The notes beneath the pieces were generated by a model. It ran no database searches, had not been told where the DNA came from, and was given only the letters and a program-made list of their open reading frames with translations. This document shows, piece after piece, positions 49,370 through 63,881 of a stretch of 64,000 nt of DNA. Within the stretch, counting starts at the first letter, position 1. Each line of letters opens with the position of its first letter. The DNA comes from Owenia fusiformis (taxonomy: Eukaryota), in assembly GCA_903813345.2 (NCBI GenBank), contig CAIIXF020000001.1, positions 21,018,001 through 21,082,000 on the forward strand, written 5' to 3'. The translations under genes were made by a program, and so were the position numbers.

Positions 49370-52300
49370 ATGATGAATGGACCTCCAAGTGATAATGGGG
49401 GTGTCCAAACTAATGTTGCACCAACACTTGTGTGGCACATGGCCCAACAACAGGGCATTGATGGAATTAATGCTAATGCAAAAGTTGGAACTACAAATAT
49501 GGCAAGCTATCCCACCCCTGTATACCAACAACAGCAGCAATCTACATTTGAATATGCTACAATAGGTCCCCCAGGCTTACAGTCAGTCATGGGATATGTT
49601 GATACTAGTACTGGGAAGATGGTTGCAATGCAACAACAAAATATACAACAGCAATATACACAACCAGTTAATGCACAGCTAGTGCAAGGATTTAATACAA
49701 ACCCAACACAAGTCATAGTTGGGCAAACTAATATTGCATTACCTTCAATAGTTGGTCAAGATCAGACACAAATTGTGTCTGCTGTGCCTCAAAAAGCCTC
49801 ACCGGTGGGGTCAGTGACATTAATCTCAGGTCAAGGTCAGACTGTTCATGTACAGCCACAGCCAGCAGTAAACATAGGCAGTGTTGGTTTGGTTAGTCCA
49901 AGCGGAACTGTCCCAGCCAATTCTATGTCAGTTGTGGTCAACCAGGTAGCTGTGGCAACCCCTATACAGCCCACAACATATACCTTACAACAGCATAATA
50001 TCCCAAGTGCAAACCATAATCCTCTGCCAAATCAACATATCTTAGCTACCACAAATGGCCCTGATCTCACTGTGTCAACATCCCAAACTTTGCCATCAAT
50101 AAGTAGTATAGTCAGAGGTCACCATGTTATGCAACAGCCCCAGCAGCAACTGCCTAACTTTCCAGCTCAGTTCAGTGGTCAAGAGACAGGACCCAGTATT
50201 GTCAATGTAGCCCAGTCAGATCAATGGGGTTTTACCAATGCCTCAGTAGCCTCAGCAGTTGGTAGTCTCAGCCAGCTAACAGACGTTCCCAATGCTTCAA
50301 GGCACATGACAAACTCAATTTGTAATTCCGTATCTACAAATCAGTCTGTAATGACAATGACTCAAGTGACACACTCACCATTGACTAGCTGTGTGACTGT
50401 TGCAAGTCCAAACTCTACCCCTATAATGCAGTATACACAGCGTAGCCCTCACAATCGAGCTGGTCATGATAATCGCTTCACAAATCACGATCATATGTCA
50501 AAAAGTATGAACTTACCTAATGATAATAGATCTGAACTGGATATTAGGCTTCAAGATATTGAATCTGAAGGTCATGTGAGAAAGAAACGAAAGGGTCGCC
50601 ACAGTCCGCCAATGCAAATCAACGTGCCATTCGGTTGGAAACGGGTTGTTGAAGGGATTACCATTGTATATTACAGGTATGAAATTTTTCTAACTTTAAT
50701 TAACTGTTCTTGCTTGTATAATGTGGCTCCTTTATTGAGGAATGTGTATTAAATACACATGGAATAAATAATTTGTTGGAACCTTTTTTATGTATAAATG
50801 TTTCGTGGTGATATAACATAAAAATCACATGATGTACAATCAATGACTGACCAGCATCAGTATGTAATATTTATTTTTTGGTTTTACTAAGTTATATCGC
50901 TGAATGAACTAATGCCATCATGTAGACTACAGTAATCAGCATGTATTGTACAATATGCTTTAGACTAAAAAAGTTAGGTATGAAGGTTTTATTAATTTTG
51001 CTACGCTATTGTCAGATGATATAAGCATATTGTTCAGTGATTGTTCAGACCTTATTTAATTAACAGTTATGTGTATTAAATAGTAATTAAATATTGATTC
51101 TGCTTTGTTTCAATACTCTTAGTTGTAATTACATTTACCTGCTTAATCAGGAAAATATTACCATTGATAATCTCGTCTTTCTATCAGCCAACTTACAATA
51201 GTTTAGTATGTATAGTATTAGTAGTGAACTTCCCAGGGCTTTTTCCCAGTAGGGTGCAAAGATTAATTTTAACTATTTTAGTCGAATATTAAAGGGGTGC
51301 AATCAGATTTCAACAGGATCACATATAATTTTCAAATTTTCAACATGATGCAGTATCTAGTTGCTCTAAAGCTTGAGTTCACTAGTATTCACAAAAGCAA
51401 TTAAACAGAAAGATATCAGAGACATGAAAAACCTTCATTATTCCTTCAGTTATGAAATTGTTGATGGCAAAACAGGATAGAAATATTTAATGACAAACCA
51501 CATGAACCAGCAACATGTGGTCAAATAACCACATTTCGCCACATTTGTGTATTGTGTATTGTTATTTGATGAAATTAAACCAGCAATTACTTAGAAACTA
51601 ATTTATGAACCACAATTTTTGGATTATATTTTTTGTTTATATATTTTTGGATATTATTGTTAATTTTGAATTAATCAAATGATTGTCATCTGAGAATATC
51701 GATAATTCAATATTTTGACCTTGATCATATTTTTGTTGTACATCATCATTCTTTAGTATCAACATTTGCTATATCCTTGTTGTTTTTGTTCAGGGGCGCG
51801 CTTTGAAAAATTCATGCAGTAAATTTTACTCACATCAATAATACTAATTTTCTAAAAACTCCCAATAAATACAATAGTTCTGAATATGCCTTGATTTTTA
51901 AGGTTCGGCAAAAATAGAAAAACTGGATGTCTGCTATCTGCATTCAATTTTAAACAATTGAATTTCTGCATCTTTTAACATGCATGTACTTTCATGTTTG
52001 ATCAAAAAATATCTCCGATCTTTCTTCACATGTCAAGTTTGCTTTTGTAAGAGACATATTGGCATATTTGTTTATAATTTCAAAGATTCCTTCAGATATT
52101 TTATATAATCTCTCCTTTGTTGCAACTTTAAAAGAATTTTATATTTAAATATTAAAAAAATGTAATACTTTTTGCAGGTAAATATTTGCATCAATATCAA
52201 TAATTCCAGGACTTCTAAATTATACTCTGATGTTTAGTATCAAAGCTTTTTGAAATTATAACCAAAGAAAATTATATTTATCAGTCATCAATATGGAATG

Positions 52301-55300
52301 TTAAATGTAACAATTTCTAAGCAAGCGGATAGGAAATGAGGTATAAGTGGCTAGACAGACAGTGGTTTAGTTGTGGTATGTCTCATATCATTTTAATTCA
52401 ACTCAATTCAAGAAATTACAAAGTGGCAACTTATATATGGTTTACCCCAGTTTTAACCAAAATGTTTTAAAAAAGTTTTAACATTAAGGTTTGTTGTTAT
52501 TTGGTTTTTAAAAACATGTGCAGTAATGCAAATTATGATTGTAAAGATTTCAATATTTCAAACATATAACTTAGTACTATCTGTATGTTTGCCCCTGTTT
52601 TTTATCTATGACTATTTTAATTTTTCATGACGAATTTTCCAACAGGTTTCCGTAGATATGTATCTGGGGCATTGTAAAATCAATTTCATGAGCCCTGTAT
52701 TTCATAAAACAAACATGTTGACATTCTACCTTTAAATCTCTGACATAGATATTAAGATGTAGAAAATACTCTTGCTACTCTTGAGGTATATGTCCCATTC
52801 AAATTCCATGATGATGTGATAAATTTTATAAGTGTGCCTCTGCTTCAAAAGCGACTAAACTAACATGAGACACGTCGTATTTTTTCAGTGCCAGCAATGT
52901 ACGACTCGTCAACCTGGAGCATATAAAGCAGTATCTACAGACTGAGGGCACTTGTAAATGTGGACTAGAGTGCCCTCTTTTAGTTGAAAAAGTATTTAAT
53001 TTTGACCCTGGTGTAATATCTCGCCAGTGGACACCTGAAGATGTTAATAACATGGATGATGTCATTGATGGATTAACTAAGTTGTGCAATCACCGGAGGA
53101 AGATCATTGCCATGGCAACGTTCCAGAACAATGCAGTACCTCAAACTCTCAATGACTCACCCCCAAAAGCCAAGAGGAAAAAAGGTAGGTTTATACATGG
53201 GAAAAAAGGAGTCAGATAAAAGTTGTATTTATCCTGGTATAAAATAAGAATCCCCATTTTGCTCACGCATTCCAGTTTCCTGAAGTTCAATTCTCCATCA
53301 TGGCAGGATAACAACTTTTTTTTCAGTATTTGTGCCTTGGACCCAATGGTTACTTATTCTCAAAGTGAAATGATCTATTTTAATATTTAAATAATCATGG
53401 ACTCTTCTTCAGACAAAAATCACATAAGTTTTGCATATTGATTTATTGAAATTGTTTAAAGCATAACTACAGCTCTTACATAACCTGTACCAGTTTTTAT
53501 AAATGTCAGACATTGGATAAAAACATATTCTATTGCCTAAAAGAGAGGGATGATGTCTTTGTCATTCTTAATATAATTTTATATCAACAAAGTTGAATTT
53601 AGTCACTGTTCTTTTGGAAGAAATCATTTAGTTTTTTTTGAAGGGGTGTATTAAAAATTTAGTTTATGTGAAACCCAAAAAATATAGCATTACATGATTG
53701 AGAGATATAGGATTTGATTAAAAAAGCACTTCTATACGAGTTGTGGCCTAATTTCCCTAAATAATTATTGAATAAAACTCAAAGTTCAAGTTGACCCCTA
53801 TCATATAGGATGGAGTAATTGTATTCATACAATAAGTTATTTCTATTTCATTTGTCAATGATATAATTTTTAATAATTTATTGGTCCGGGTGTTGAATAC
53901 TTTATAAAAACATTCACACTAACTTTGAATACTATAATTTGGCACCAATTACAGGGTGGTCCAAAAAAATCATTTACACTTTTGATTGCGTAGCATTTTC
54001 TGACAATGGGAAGATTTCCCAATTGTTTTTCATTGACCTGTCGTTAAGATATGTAAGTTTTGTGTGATACAAGTTTTATTATCATATACCATTATGTTAG
54101 CACAGATCAATAGTTTGTAATGTGCTAATCCAAGCTCCCTGCGAACATTGTAATGTCCTGTCCATGTTGTTTTTAATATCCTCTAGCTCATCTATAGTTT
54201 GGTGATCGTTTGCATAGAACTTGACTTTAAAGTACCCCCACCAAAAACTTTATAGGGAATGTGTCTTGAGAATATGCATGGCCGGGTGTGTTCCATATAA
54301 TGGGAGATGAGTCTGTCTTCAGGGAAGTAATGACGGAGGTATTCAAGTCAAGCATTGGAGCAGTGCAATGTTGCCTTATCTTGCCAATAGATTATTACAG
54401 TTACAGTATCCATGTCAACCCCTCGCTTCCGCCCCAGTGCCAGTTCTTCTCATGACTTCAATATATCAGTCCATGTTCACAGGAAATGAATCTCCATTAG
54501 CATTCTCAAATTAAACCATATCACCCCAGTATCACCATTCTGACCTAACTTTCACCAGTCAACCTCTCTACATCACATGTTTGATGCTGATGCTCAGAAG
54601 GCTAAACCTGTGCCAAAAAGTGCATTTTCTATTTGTTGACGGTCATTACAAACTTAGCGCCAAAGATCTTGGATGGAGCACATTACAAACTATTGCCCCA
54701 TGCTCTCATTACGTTGGTATATAAAAATAAAACGTACACCACACAAAACTTACATGTCTGAAAGACAGGCCTATGAAAAAAATTGGGAAATTTTCCTGCT
54801 TCGTTGTCAAAAGTGTAAATGATTTTTTGGACCACCCTGTATATTTTAACAAATTTGGAAATTGTTCTTTTACTGTCATGTATTTAGAGTCCATCTTCCC
54901 CAAATCAATTTTAGAAAATCATGTCTGTAGTGAATTGGTCAAGAAAAACATAACAAAGTCAAGTATTCATTGCTTTATGGTTGAGAGAACAAGAAAAATC
55001 ATATTGTACATATAGTGGCTAATATTGAAATTGAAATAAAAGATTGAACTACTTTGTTCAAACCTCAACTTCACCTAAAATTACAGTATTTTATAATAGA
55101 ACATCTATGTATATTTATAATTTCCAGGGAAGAAAAAAGCCAGGAAATCAACTCCAGATAATATGTTGGTTTCTCAGATTCTGGCACAGAGGAGCCATTT
55201 TGAAGACAAAATAGGACCAACATCTCCAAAACATAGAAAATTATCGCAAGAGGATTTACCAAGTTCTGAGACTATAGAAAATCAACAATCCAGTCCAGGT

Positions 55301-58300
55301 TGTGCCAGTGCTGAACAGAATCATGACACCCCTGCACCTGCAATCATTGACCCAGCAGCTTATGTACGGGAGCACATTGAGAAGAGCAAGCAGTATGTGG
55401 AGAGTCAGAAACGATTAAAGGAGCAGCAGCAGCAACAAAGGAATAAAGACTCGGTCACCATGGTAACTTCTACAGGGGAACTCGGCCCAATAACTTGTCA
55501 GATACCTCCGAAGCTTCAGTTTGAGCAGCAATCACCAAGGCAACCAATAAATAGCTCATCAAAGATCCAGTCCCCCACCTTGCAAACTATTCAATCTCCA
55601 CCGCAACATATAATGTCTCCAAGACCATCAACCCCTCATACACTACCTAGCTCTCAACCAGTGTCTCCAGCCATGCCTCATCAGATGTACCAGCAACAGA
55701 GGCCCATGCCTGCCCCTGGCCCTCATCCACCTTTCATGGGTCAGTACAACAATCCCAATATGAACATGCAGCCACATGCTGCTAATCCAAATTTCAATCC
55801 ATATTTTCAACATCAACCTGATGCTAACATTCCAATGCCAATGCAAGGACATGGCTATGGACCTGGTCAGTTTAACCCAGGGTATCGTATGCCACAACAT
55901 AGTGGCCAGCAACCACACAGGATGCCACGCCATATGCATGACATGATGATGCAACAGATGCACACAGGTCAACCTGGCCCTCCACACATGATGCCAAAAC
56001 ACACTCCCCCACCTATAGACCCTGCCATGCCTCCATATATGTTTGACCCTTCATACAATGTGCCAAAACAAAAACCGAAAAGAAGTAGAAAAAAGAAATC
56101 AAATAGCGTGTTGGATAGGAATTCACCGTGTCCAAATGTTGATGTACGGCAGATGCCAGATGAGTCAAAAACAGTTCCTTTGGTACCACTCTCAGTTGTG
56201 ACATCCACGATGGCACAGAGTCACGCACCTACACCTTCCTCAGCATCATTCCTTGAGAACCCAACAGGATTTATGGCCCAGCAGACTGCATTGGTGAACA
56301 GCTCTATGACTATCATGCCTCAGCCAAGCCCACATGGTGCACTGCCTGATCAAGATAGTAAACTTGAGATAGATACCATCAACTCAAATGAGGATGTCGA
56401 TGCCCAATCAAAAAATGATGAAGCGAAAACAGTCAGTTCAGATTCACCTGAGAAAGTAATTGCTGACACCCAGTCAGACAAAATTGGTGTCTCACAACTA
56501 GACAATGATGATAAAAGTCTCAAGGTGTCTCATACAAATACAACAAATGTACCAACATTAACAGTGTCCACAACCATGTGTACTGTATCAATGTCTGTGC
56601 CATTAACCACGTCTGCTGCCACATCAGCTCTGTCTATAACCACACATCTACTTAGCCCAGGATCTGAATCAACTCTCTCAGCTACAAGCCCAGGCATGTT
56701 GAGTCCAGCTTCTAAGATACTTAGTCCAGCATCCACTGCAGCCACAGTTGTAACTATGACAACAATGACTGTGACAGCATCAACATCATCCACCCACTCG
56801 CCATTATCTAGTCAACACACCACTGTCACAACTGATGTCCACACAACAGGAACCTCTATTGCTATGGTTACTGGTTCAGAGGCAACTCCAATGGTTTCAC
56901 ACCCTAATATGTCTCAAGATATGGTACATGCTATGGGAAATGCCCATCCTGGTAATACTATGATGCCCAGACATCCAGGCATGCATGGGCCATATATGGG
57001 TATGCCAAATAACCCTTCTGGTGGTCCTATGGCTCCCAATCACCCTCAAGGATTTATGGGTCCTGCCCACCCACATGGACACATGGGAACTCCCCCAGGG
57101 TTTCCTATGATGCCACAACCCCCAAGCCCTCCAAAGAAGGCTGGGGCCAAGCGTAAAAGGTCTAGATCTCAACAGCAGCCATCACAACAACAGTTCCAGC
57201 AACAACAAATGATGATGCAACAGCAACAAATGATGTATGGAGATAACCTGATGCATCCAAGGATGCAAATGATGCAGCAAGGATTCCCACCACCAAATGG
57301 TCCACCCCAACAGCAAATGGTCCCAGGGCCTGACGGACAGATGAGACCAAGGGGATTCCAAGCCAGTCATATGTTGAGTGCAGCTGCCAAGGCGCAAGGT
57401 GGGCCTCCACCAATGATTGGGCCTCAGAATAGACATCCCAGACAGAGAATGATGGGACCAAATCATGCAATGGTTGATCCGATGGCAGGTCACCCTGTCA
57501 ACTACCAACAGATGAGAATGATGCAGGGTCAGGGTATGAGGATGCCCCCACATATGAGTCCACCAGGCCAAATGCAAATGCATCCAAACATGTCACCACA
57601 CATGCAGAATTTCCATGGACCTCCCCAAGGGTTTCCCAATGAGCAAATGATGCATGCTTCAAGACATGGGGCTCCATACCCCCAACAGATGATGCAACAA
57701 GGGATGAGACCCATGCAAGGTCAGAAATCTCATCTACCAGATGCTCAACAAGGTATGCATGTGGGTCAAAATCAAGGCCATAATCCTATTCAAATGGTGC
57801 AAAATATGATCACTGGACTCGATGGCCAGACTATGATGGATCACAACAGTATCATTGGATCACCTTCATCTGTACGCCGTGGTCGTTCACTTTCTGTAAG
57901 TTCAACATGTAGTAACAGATCAGATAGGTCAGGGAGCAGTAGGCTTCATTGCACCACCCCATCTGGATCCATAGACAGGGTTAACACACCATCAACACCA
58001 GGGGGAGGAAGACATACGCCTGTATATGCTGAAGACAAATTCCTTGGAGATATGGATTCAAAATTAACACATGTAGTAACGCAAGAATCAAAACAATATG
58101 ATGAGAGTAATCAGCAACCTTTAAAAGGATCAGAACACTCAGAAAAACAAGCTGATAATTCTGAATCTGTGAATTCTGAGAAGACAGTTGAGTCCACTCT
58201 TGCTGAAGATAAAAGTACTTTACATGAGAAAACCAATTCTCAGACACAAAGCAATAATTCAAATGCAACTCCAGTTAACTCAGCTGATAACACCATTGGA

Positions 58301-61300
58301 ACAGATGTTAAGGAAGCTACATCTACTGTTGCTCTACCAAATGCTGCTACACAAATTGATCACTCCAGTGTTAAACCAAAGAAGAAATCAAACCGAAGCA
58401 AGAAGTCCAGCACACCAACCATAGCAAGTATGCTCCAAGCAGCAGTATTACCTCCTAATCAACATGTTCCGTTCAATCAACAAAACGTTCAGCAGCCTCC
58501 GCAACAAATGATGCGCATGCCTCAGCAGCAGAACATGATGATGGGGCAACAGCATATGATGCAGCAGAGGTTCCCAATGCAACAGCAGCCACAGTCCATA
58601 CAAGAACAGGTCAGGTATCCTCCTCCACACATAATGGTTCAGACCCAGCAGTTGATCCCTCAGCAGGGTATAATAATGAACAACCAACAGCATGTTGGGA
58701 ACCAACAACAGTTCATGATTCAACAGAATGTGAACCATATGCAGCCCCAAGGCCAATTCCCTCCCATGCAGGAGCAGCATATGCAGCAACAGTTGATGCA
58801 GAATCCTAGAATGCCTCAGTGTTTGCCTGGTCAGCAACCAACAAGTCCGAAACAACAAGGAGTTCACATTCAGCAACAACATGTCCATGTTCAACACTTT
58901 CCACATCCTCAGCCAAGTCTCCAACCAGCCAGCATAGATGGCACTGGGGTTAATACACAACAAGTTGTAGCAGAAGATCCACAGGAGACAGATACCTCAT
59001 CTAAACCTGAACAAACACTTCCTCCAAGTCAGGATGTTCAACCAAATGATTCAGAGACTCCCAAGCCAGAAATAAGCATACCTGATGATGTTCCCCCAAA
59101 TGAACATGCTGATGTCAATAAACTACAAGATAAGGAGAATGTGGCAGTTCCATTTGAAAAGGAAAATGAAAGTGCCAGTCCTGATGAACCTAAGACTGGG
59201 GTTAATGTGAGTGATGTTGATAAGAGTAATGTTGAGTCCAGCGATCATGGTAATATCCAAGAAGCAAAGAATGATCCAACCGAGAGCTCAGAAGTTGAAA
59301 TTCCAGCTACCACATGTTTATCCATGACACTTGTTTCACCTACTAAGTCTGTAGATGTCCTGGGTTGCCAACCAGTAGAGACCAAGTCAATGGTTATGGC
59401 TGTGGAGGCTCCTGTAGCTGTAGCCACATTCCCAACTGTCTCCGCTGACAACATGATTCTTCACCAGCCTGTGAATATATTCTCCACAAATAACATGCCT
59501 CAGCAGATAAACATGCTGACAGGTCAAAATGTAAATGTGGAGCTGGTGCAGCAGTTACAACAGCAGATCATCCAACAGACCCAGCAATTGGTTGGCCAGT
59601 TGAACAACCCAGCCATAGTGGCACAGTTAAACCCTGAGCTACTACAGCAAGCAGGTGTACACATTCCTCTCGAGCAGCTTCCACAGACTGTTGGCAATCT
59701 TAGTATCCAAGAACAGGCAAACCTAATCCAGATGAATCAAGCCTTGATAAATCAGATCAGTCAGAACCTCCAGGGTCAATTGAACATGAACATACTTCAG
59801 CAAAATGGACTCCAGCAGAGAAGTTCCAGTGTTATGGTTCCTAGTACAATGATTCAAACATCTACTGTGTCCTTGGCCAATCCAGCTTCAGAGCAACCTG
59901 CTTTAGATTCAGTAGTAGCAATACAACCAAACACAACTGTTCCTATTCCGCCTGATATGTTAGCCCAACAAGCCACAGTAACACTTCCTTTAGAACAAGT
60001 GTCAGGTGTTGCAGTTACATCAACAGAAATTGTACCCTCGCCATCTAAAACTGAACTTGTCCAAGAGGCACCTGAAGTTGCATCTGAATTTCACAAAGAT
60101 ATACAAGAGGAGGAGTCAGAAGAGCAACAACAATCTGAGGAGCCTATTGGTGATGACCACATTGGAGAACTAGCTGATGAACCAAATGAGGAAGAAATTA
60201 CAGATGAGATTCCTCATGATAATGCTCCTGTTGAGACACCTAAAAGTATGAATGATTCATTGGTTGATCAGGAAGATCATGTCAAACCTGAACCTGTTGA
60301 AGATATTTCTGTTCACTCCAATGAGCCTGAAGAAAATGTTCAGGAAGATCAGATTGACAAACAGTCAACTGCAGGTGATTTTGTTGAGCAAACATCTGAG
60401 GAGGTAATTGGTGAAGAGCCACTTAGTGAACTGCCAGAGGAAATAAATAATACAAATGAGGGAGTATTTGAACAAGAAACTGCTGAGGAAGAAACCTTCC
60501 TTGTTGAAAATGAAGAACATCAAGAAAAAACCTTAGATTTACCCAAACCCATTGACAACATGTCAGTTAATAGTACTAAACAAAATGATCCTAAAGACCA
60601 AATCAATGAAGCTGATCATTCCATACAACAAAGTGCCGTCACAGATGGGTTTATAGAATTAGGCAAATCCCTCCATGATAGAATAACAGAAGGAATACCA
60701 ATTGCCATGGGAGCATGCAGTGATGACTTTCCTGAAGACCTCAGTATTAAGAAAGTGGTGGATGTTGCTTCCAGATCTGAATTTACTCCCAATACTTCAT
60801 TTGGATCTGCAGTTAGTTCATGTGCTGATGATGACTTTCATGGATCTGAAAATGTGGAAGGTCTTTCTATCGAAACTAGGGATCCTCCTGGTATGCAGCT
60901 AGAGGCTCTTGTTCCTACAAACATTTCACCTGCTGGATCTCAAAAATCAATGGTGTCATTAACTGGTATGATTGATGCTGACACAGCTATCAATGCAGCT
61001 AGAGCACTTGGTAACACATCTACTGAAGATATTGAAAATCTCTCAGAGGAACTTGAAACAACAAATAACAGTTCATCGCATAATAGTGTTGAAAGTGCAG
61101 TATGTGATGGCCACATTTCTGATACTGAAAATCCACCTAGTCAGAGCAACAGCACCCTCTTAACCATGACCAACCATGTGTCCCCAGATGCAGCGACCAA
61201 TGAGAGTATTGTGCTCAATACAACTGCAAGGTCTATGCATCTTAGTGGAAGTACAGACTCAGGGACACACAATCATGATTCTGACCACAGTGGCTCTGAG

Positions 61301-62278
61301 TCAACTGATACGTCATCCAGCGCAGATATCAACCTGAACTCCAGCAGCAGTCCAGTCTGTAATGAACTGTGTGGTAGCAGAGAAGTGAAGAAGTCACATG
61401 ATAGTGGCCTGGCTGAAGACTTTGATGGTGAGTACTCTATGTAATGGGGTTTGTGCAGGTCTTATAGTCACCATCTTGTATGTTCCACACATCATTTCTT
61501 TCATTGGGGGGGGGGTTGCCTTAACATCCATGTGATTTGTGACAGGTGGTGGCCCTGAAATCATCCTGGCACACACTTTAATGGAAAGCTTTGTAATTTT
61601 TAAGGATGTTTCTTGGTTTGAAAATCAAAAAGTGATTGGTTTTTGGGCAATGCTGTGTATATTTGAAGGTGTTCATTTTTGATTTTCCATCTAAAATTAT
61701 GTCTTGTCAACTCATTTTCAGTCAAACTGCTTCTAAGTTAACTGATTATATTTTGTGTGTCCTGGATTAATTTTAAGTCAGTCATGTCTAATCTGTTGAG
61801 CCAATCTAAACCGTGTCATAGATTCATGAACGCTGAATTATTTCTGTGACTTCATTGTAGCTAATGAAGAAATGACAGAAATTGAATTGAATCAAGAAAA
61901 TTAATATTGAAAACTTGTATGCTGAATTTGCATTGTAAATGCAATATAAATCATAAAATACCAATTGATGTTTAGTTTAAAGTGAAATATGTTTAAAAAT
62001 TTTAATTGATTGATATGTTCTTATTGATGCATAAAGTATTAAATGTCAGCATACACCAATGATTATATGAAATATTATAAAAATTAACATGCATATATTT
62101 GCATATATTTCTAGATGACAATCCAGACTCTCCATTTGAACCTGACCCTGATTACCCAAGAACATTCAACATTGGGGACCTTGTGTGGGGGCAGATAAGG
62201 GGATTCCCCTCATGGCCAGGAAAACTTGTACACGAGGTGGATGTGAAGAACAATAAAGAAACACCAGAGGATGGAAAG
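49370..62278 (+). CDS. MBD5: MBD5/MBD6-like (Drosophila sba-like) chromatin protein with MBD and PWWP domains; continues beyond the window
   Basis: Exons 49370-50676, 52889-53184, 55128-61427 and 62115-62278 are phase-compatible. MBD: VPFGWKR...[27 protein letters not shown]...[43 protein letters not shown]. It also has the LSAAAKAQ motif recalled from vertebrate MBD5. Confidence 0.92.
53952..54839 (-). mobile_element. Tc1/mariner-superfamily deletion derivative (888 bp) with decayed rosa/DD41D-like transposase remnant
   Basis: TA|CAGGGTGGTCCAAAAAAATCATTTACACTTTTGA ... TCAAAAGTGTAAATGATTTTTTGGACCACCCTG|TA. The minus strand reads WQDKATLH...[13 protein letters not shown]...[20 protein letters not shown] with stops and frameshifts. 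Confidence 0.85.
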
Positions 62279-62818
62279 GTAGGGCTTTCTGTAGCTGTAT
62301 GTTGTCGATGTAGCTGTTGGTAGCCTTTTTGTAACTCTGTATAACCTTTTGTTAGTCTCTTTCCATAGCTGCAACTAGCCTTTCTGTAGCTATATCCTTT
62401 CTATAGCTGTGCATCGCAGAGACTTGTGTTGAAGCATTTCTTGATTTTGTGTTACAATTCCACCAACCCTACATAATTAGAACAATTTAATGATTACTAG
62501 AAAGATATAATTATGTGTGGGAGAAGAATATCTAGTTTCTGTTTTGACATTTGCTTTCTAACAGACAAGGGAATCATGTTTCAGTAGCAACATCGACAAT
62601 TCTCTCCAAAGTGTTACACAAAATAATGTCATGGTATTGCAAACCCAATTAGTTCAATTGGTCAACATGTTCCTGAAATAAATCATTATGTAAATCTTAA
62701 ACTTCTTCCTCTTGCCAATTAGATGCAAATATGCAGTTTTTCTTCTTAATATGTAACTAAAAAACACATTCTAATTAATATTCTTTCATGGGACCATGCC
62801 TTGCTTCCCAATATTTTA

Positions 62819-63881
62819 TTATCCCATCGAACGAAGTTCGGAGGGATATAGGGAACGCCGTCCGTCCGTATGTCCGTACGTACGTCCGTCCGTACGTCCG
62901 TCCGTCCGTCCGTCCGTACGTCCGTCCGTCCGTACGTACGTCCGTCCGTCCGTCCGTCCGGGCAATAACTCAAATACCGTTGGCCCGATTTTGTTCATAT
63001 TTTGTACACATATACCCTATGGGGGTAGAAGTTCTGCTCGAAAGCCGATTTTCAAAATGGCCGCTCATTTCAAACTGGCCGCCATTTTAGTGCCGAATTT
63101 ACAGTAATTTAGGTGCAATATGTAAAACTGTAATACCAATATGTTTTAGATGTAAAAAAATTATATAGGACATTAATGAAGCTAGAAATGTAGATATTAA
63201 AGAAGCACATGGCAGCCATCTTGAAAAATGGCGGACTTTACTCGTTATTTTACGATTTTTGCTGTAACTCGAAAAGTAGTGGAGCGATTTTGTTCATATT
63301 TGGTATGTGAATACTATAAACATTGCACACTGTCTAAAGACACTCTTAGTAGAAGGTGGCCATTTTGAAAAATGGCCGCCATTTTGAAAAATGGCCGCCA
63401 TTTTAACGTATTTTACTATAACTCGAAAAGTAGTGGAGCGATTTTGTTCATATTTGGTATGTGAATACTATAAGCATGACACACTGTCCTATGACACTTT
63501 TGGTGGAAGGCGGCCATTTTGACATTTTAACGTATTTTACTATAACTCGAAAAGTAGTGGAGCGATTTTGTTTATATTTGGTATGTGAATACTATAAGCA
63601 TGGCACACTGTCTAATGGCACTTTTGGTAGAAGGTGGCCATTTTGAAAAATGGCCGCCATTTTAACGTATTTTACTATAACTTGAAAAGTAGTGGAGCGA
63701 TTTTGTTCATATTTGGTATGTGAATACTATAAGCATGGCACATGATCTAATGACACTTTGTGTAGAAGGCGGCCATTTTGAAAAATGGCTGCCATTTTTG
63801 CTATATCCTTTGTTTGTAAAAATGCCATCCATGGCTGTTCGATGGGATTCGCTACGCTTTGGCGTTGCCGTTGTTCTGGTT
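62819..63881 (+). mobile_element. Non-autonomous Helentron/DINE-1-like (HINE) element, copy 2
   Basis: Same termini and core repeats as 10152-11344; longer (GTCC/GTAC)n microsatellite and ~4 core units. Confidence 0.85.

Noticed and set aside
51234-52697. CAGGGCT...AGCCCTG hAT-like ends
   Set aside because: The inverted match is only 7 bp and there is no 8-bp TSD.
53107-53120. X-box-like ATTGCCATGGCAAC in an MBD5 exon
   Set aside because: It is explained by codons for the conserved IAMAT peptide.
55643-59454. Antisense ORFs within the giant MBD5 exon
   Set aside because: They are shadow frames of a low-complexity coding sequence.
62746-63107. RPSV/RTDG repetitive ORFs (also 10102-10383)
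   Set aside because: They are translations of the (GTCC)n microsatellite inside HINE elements.
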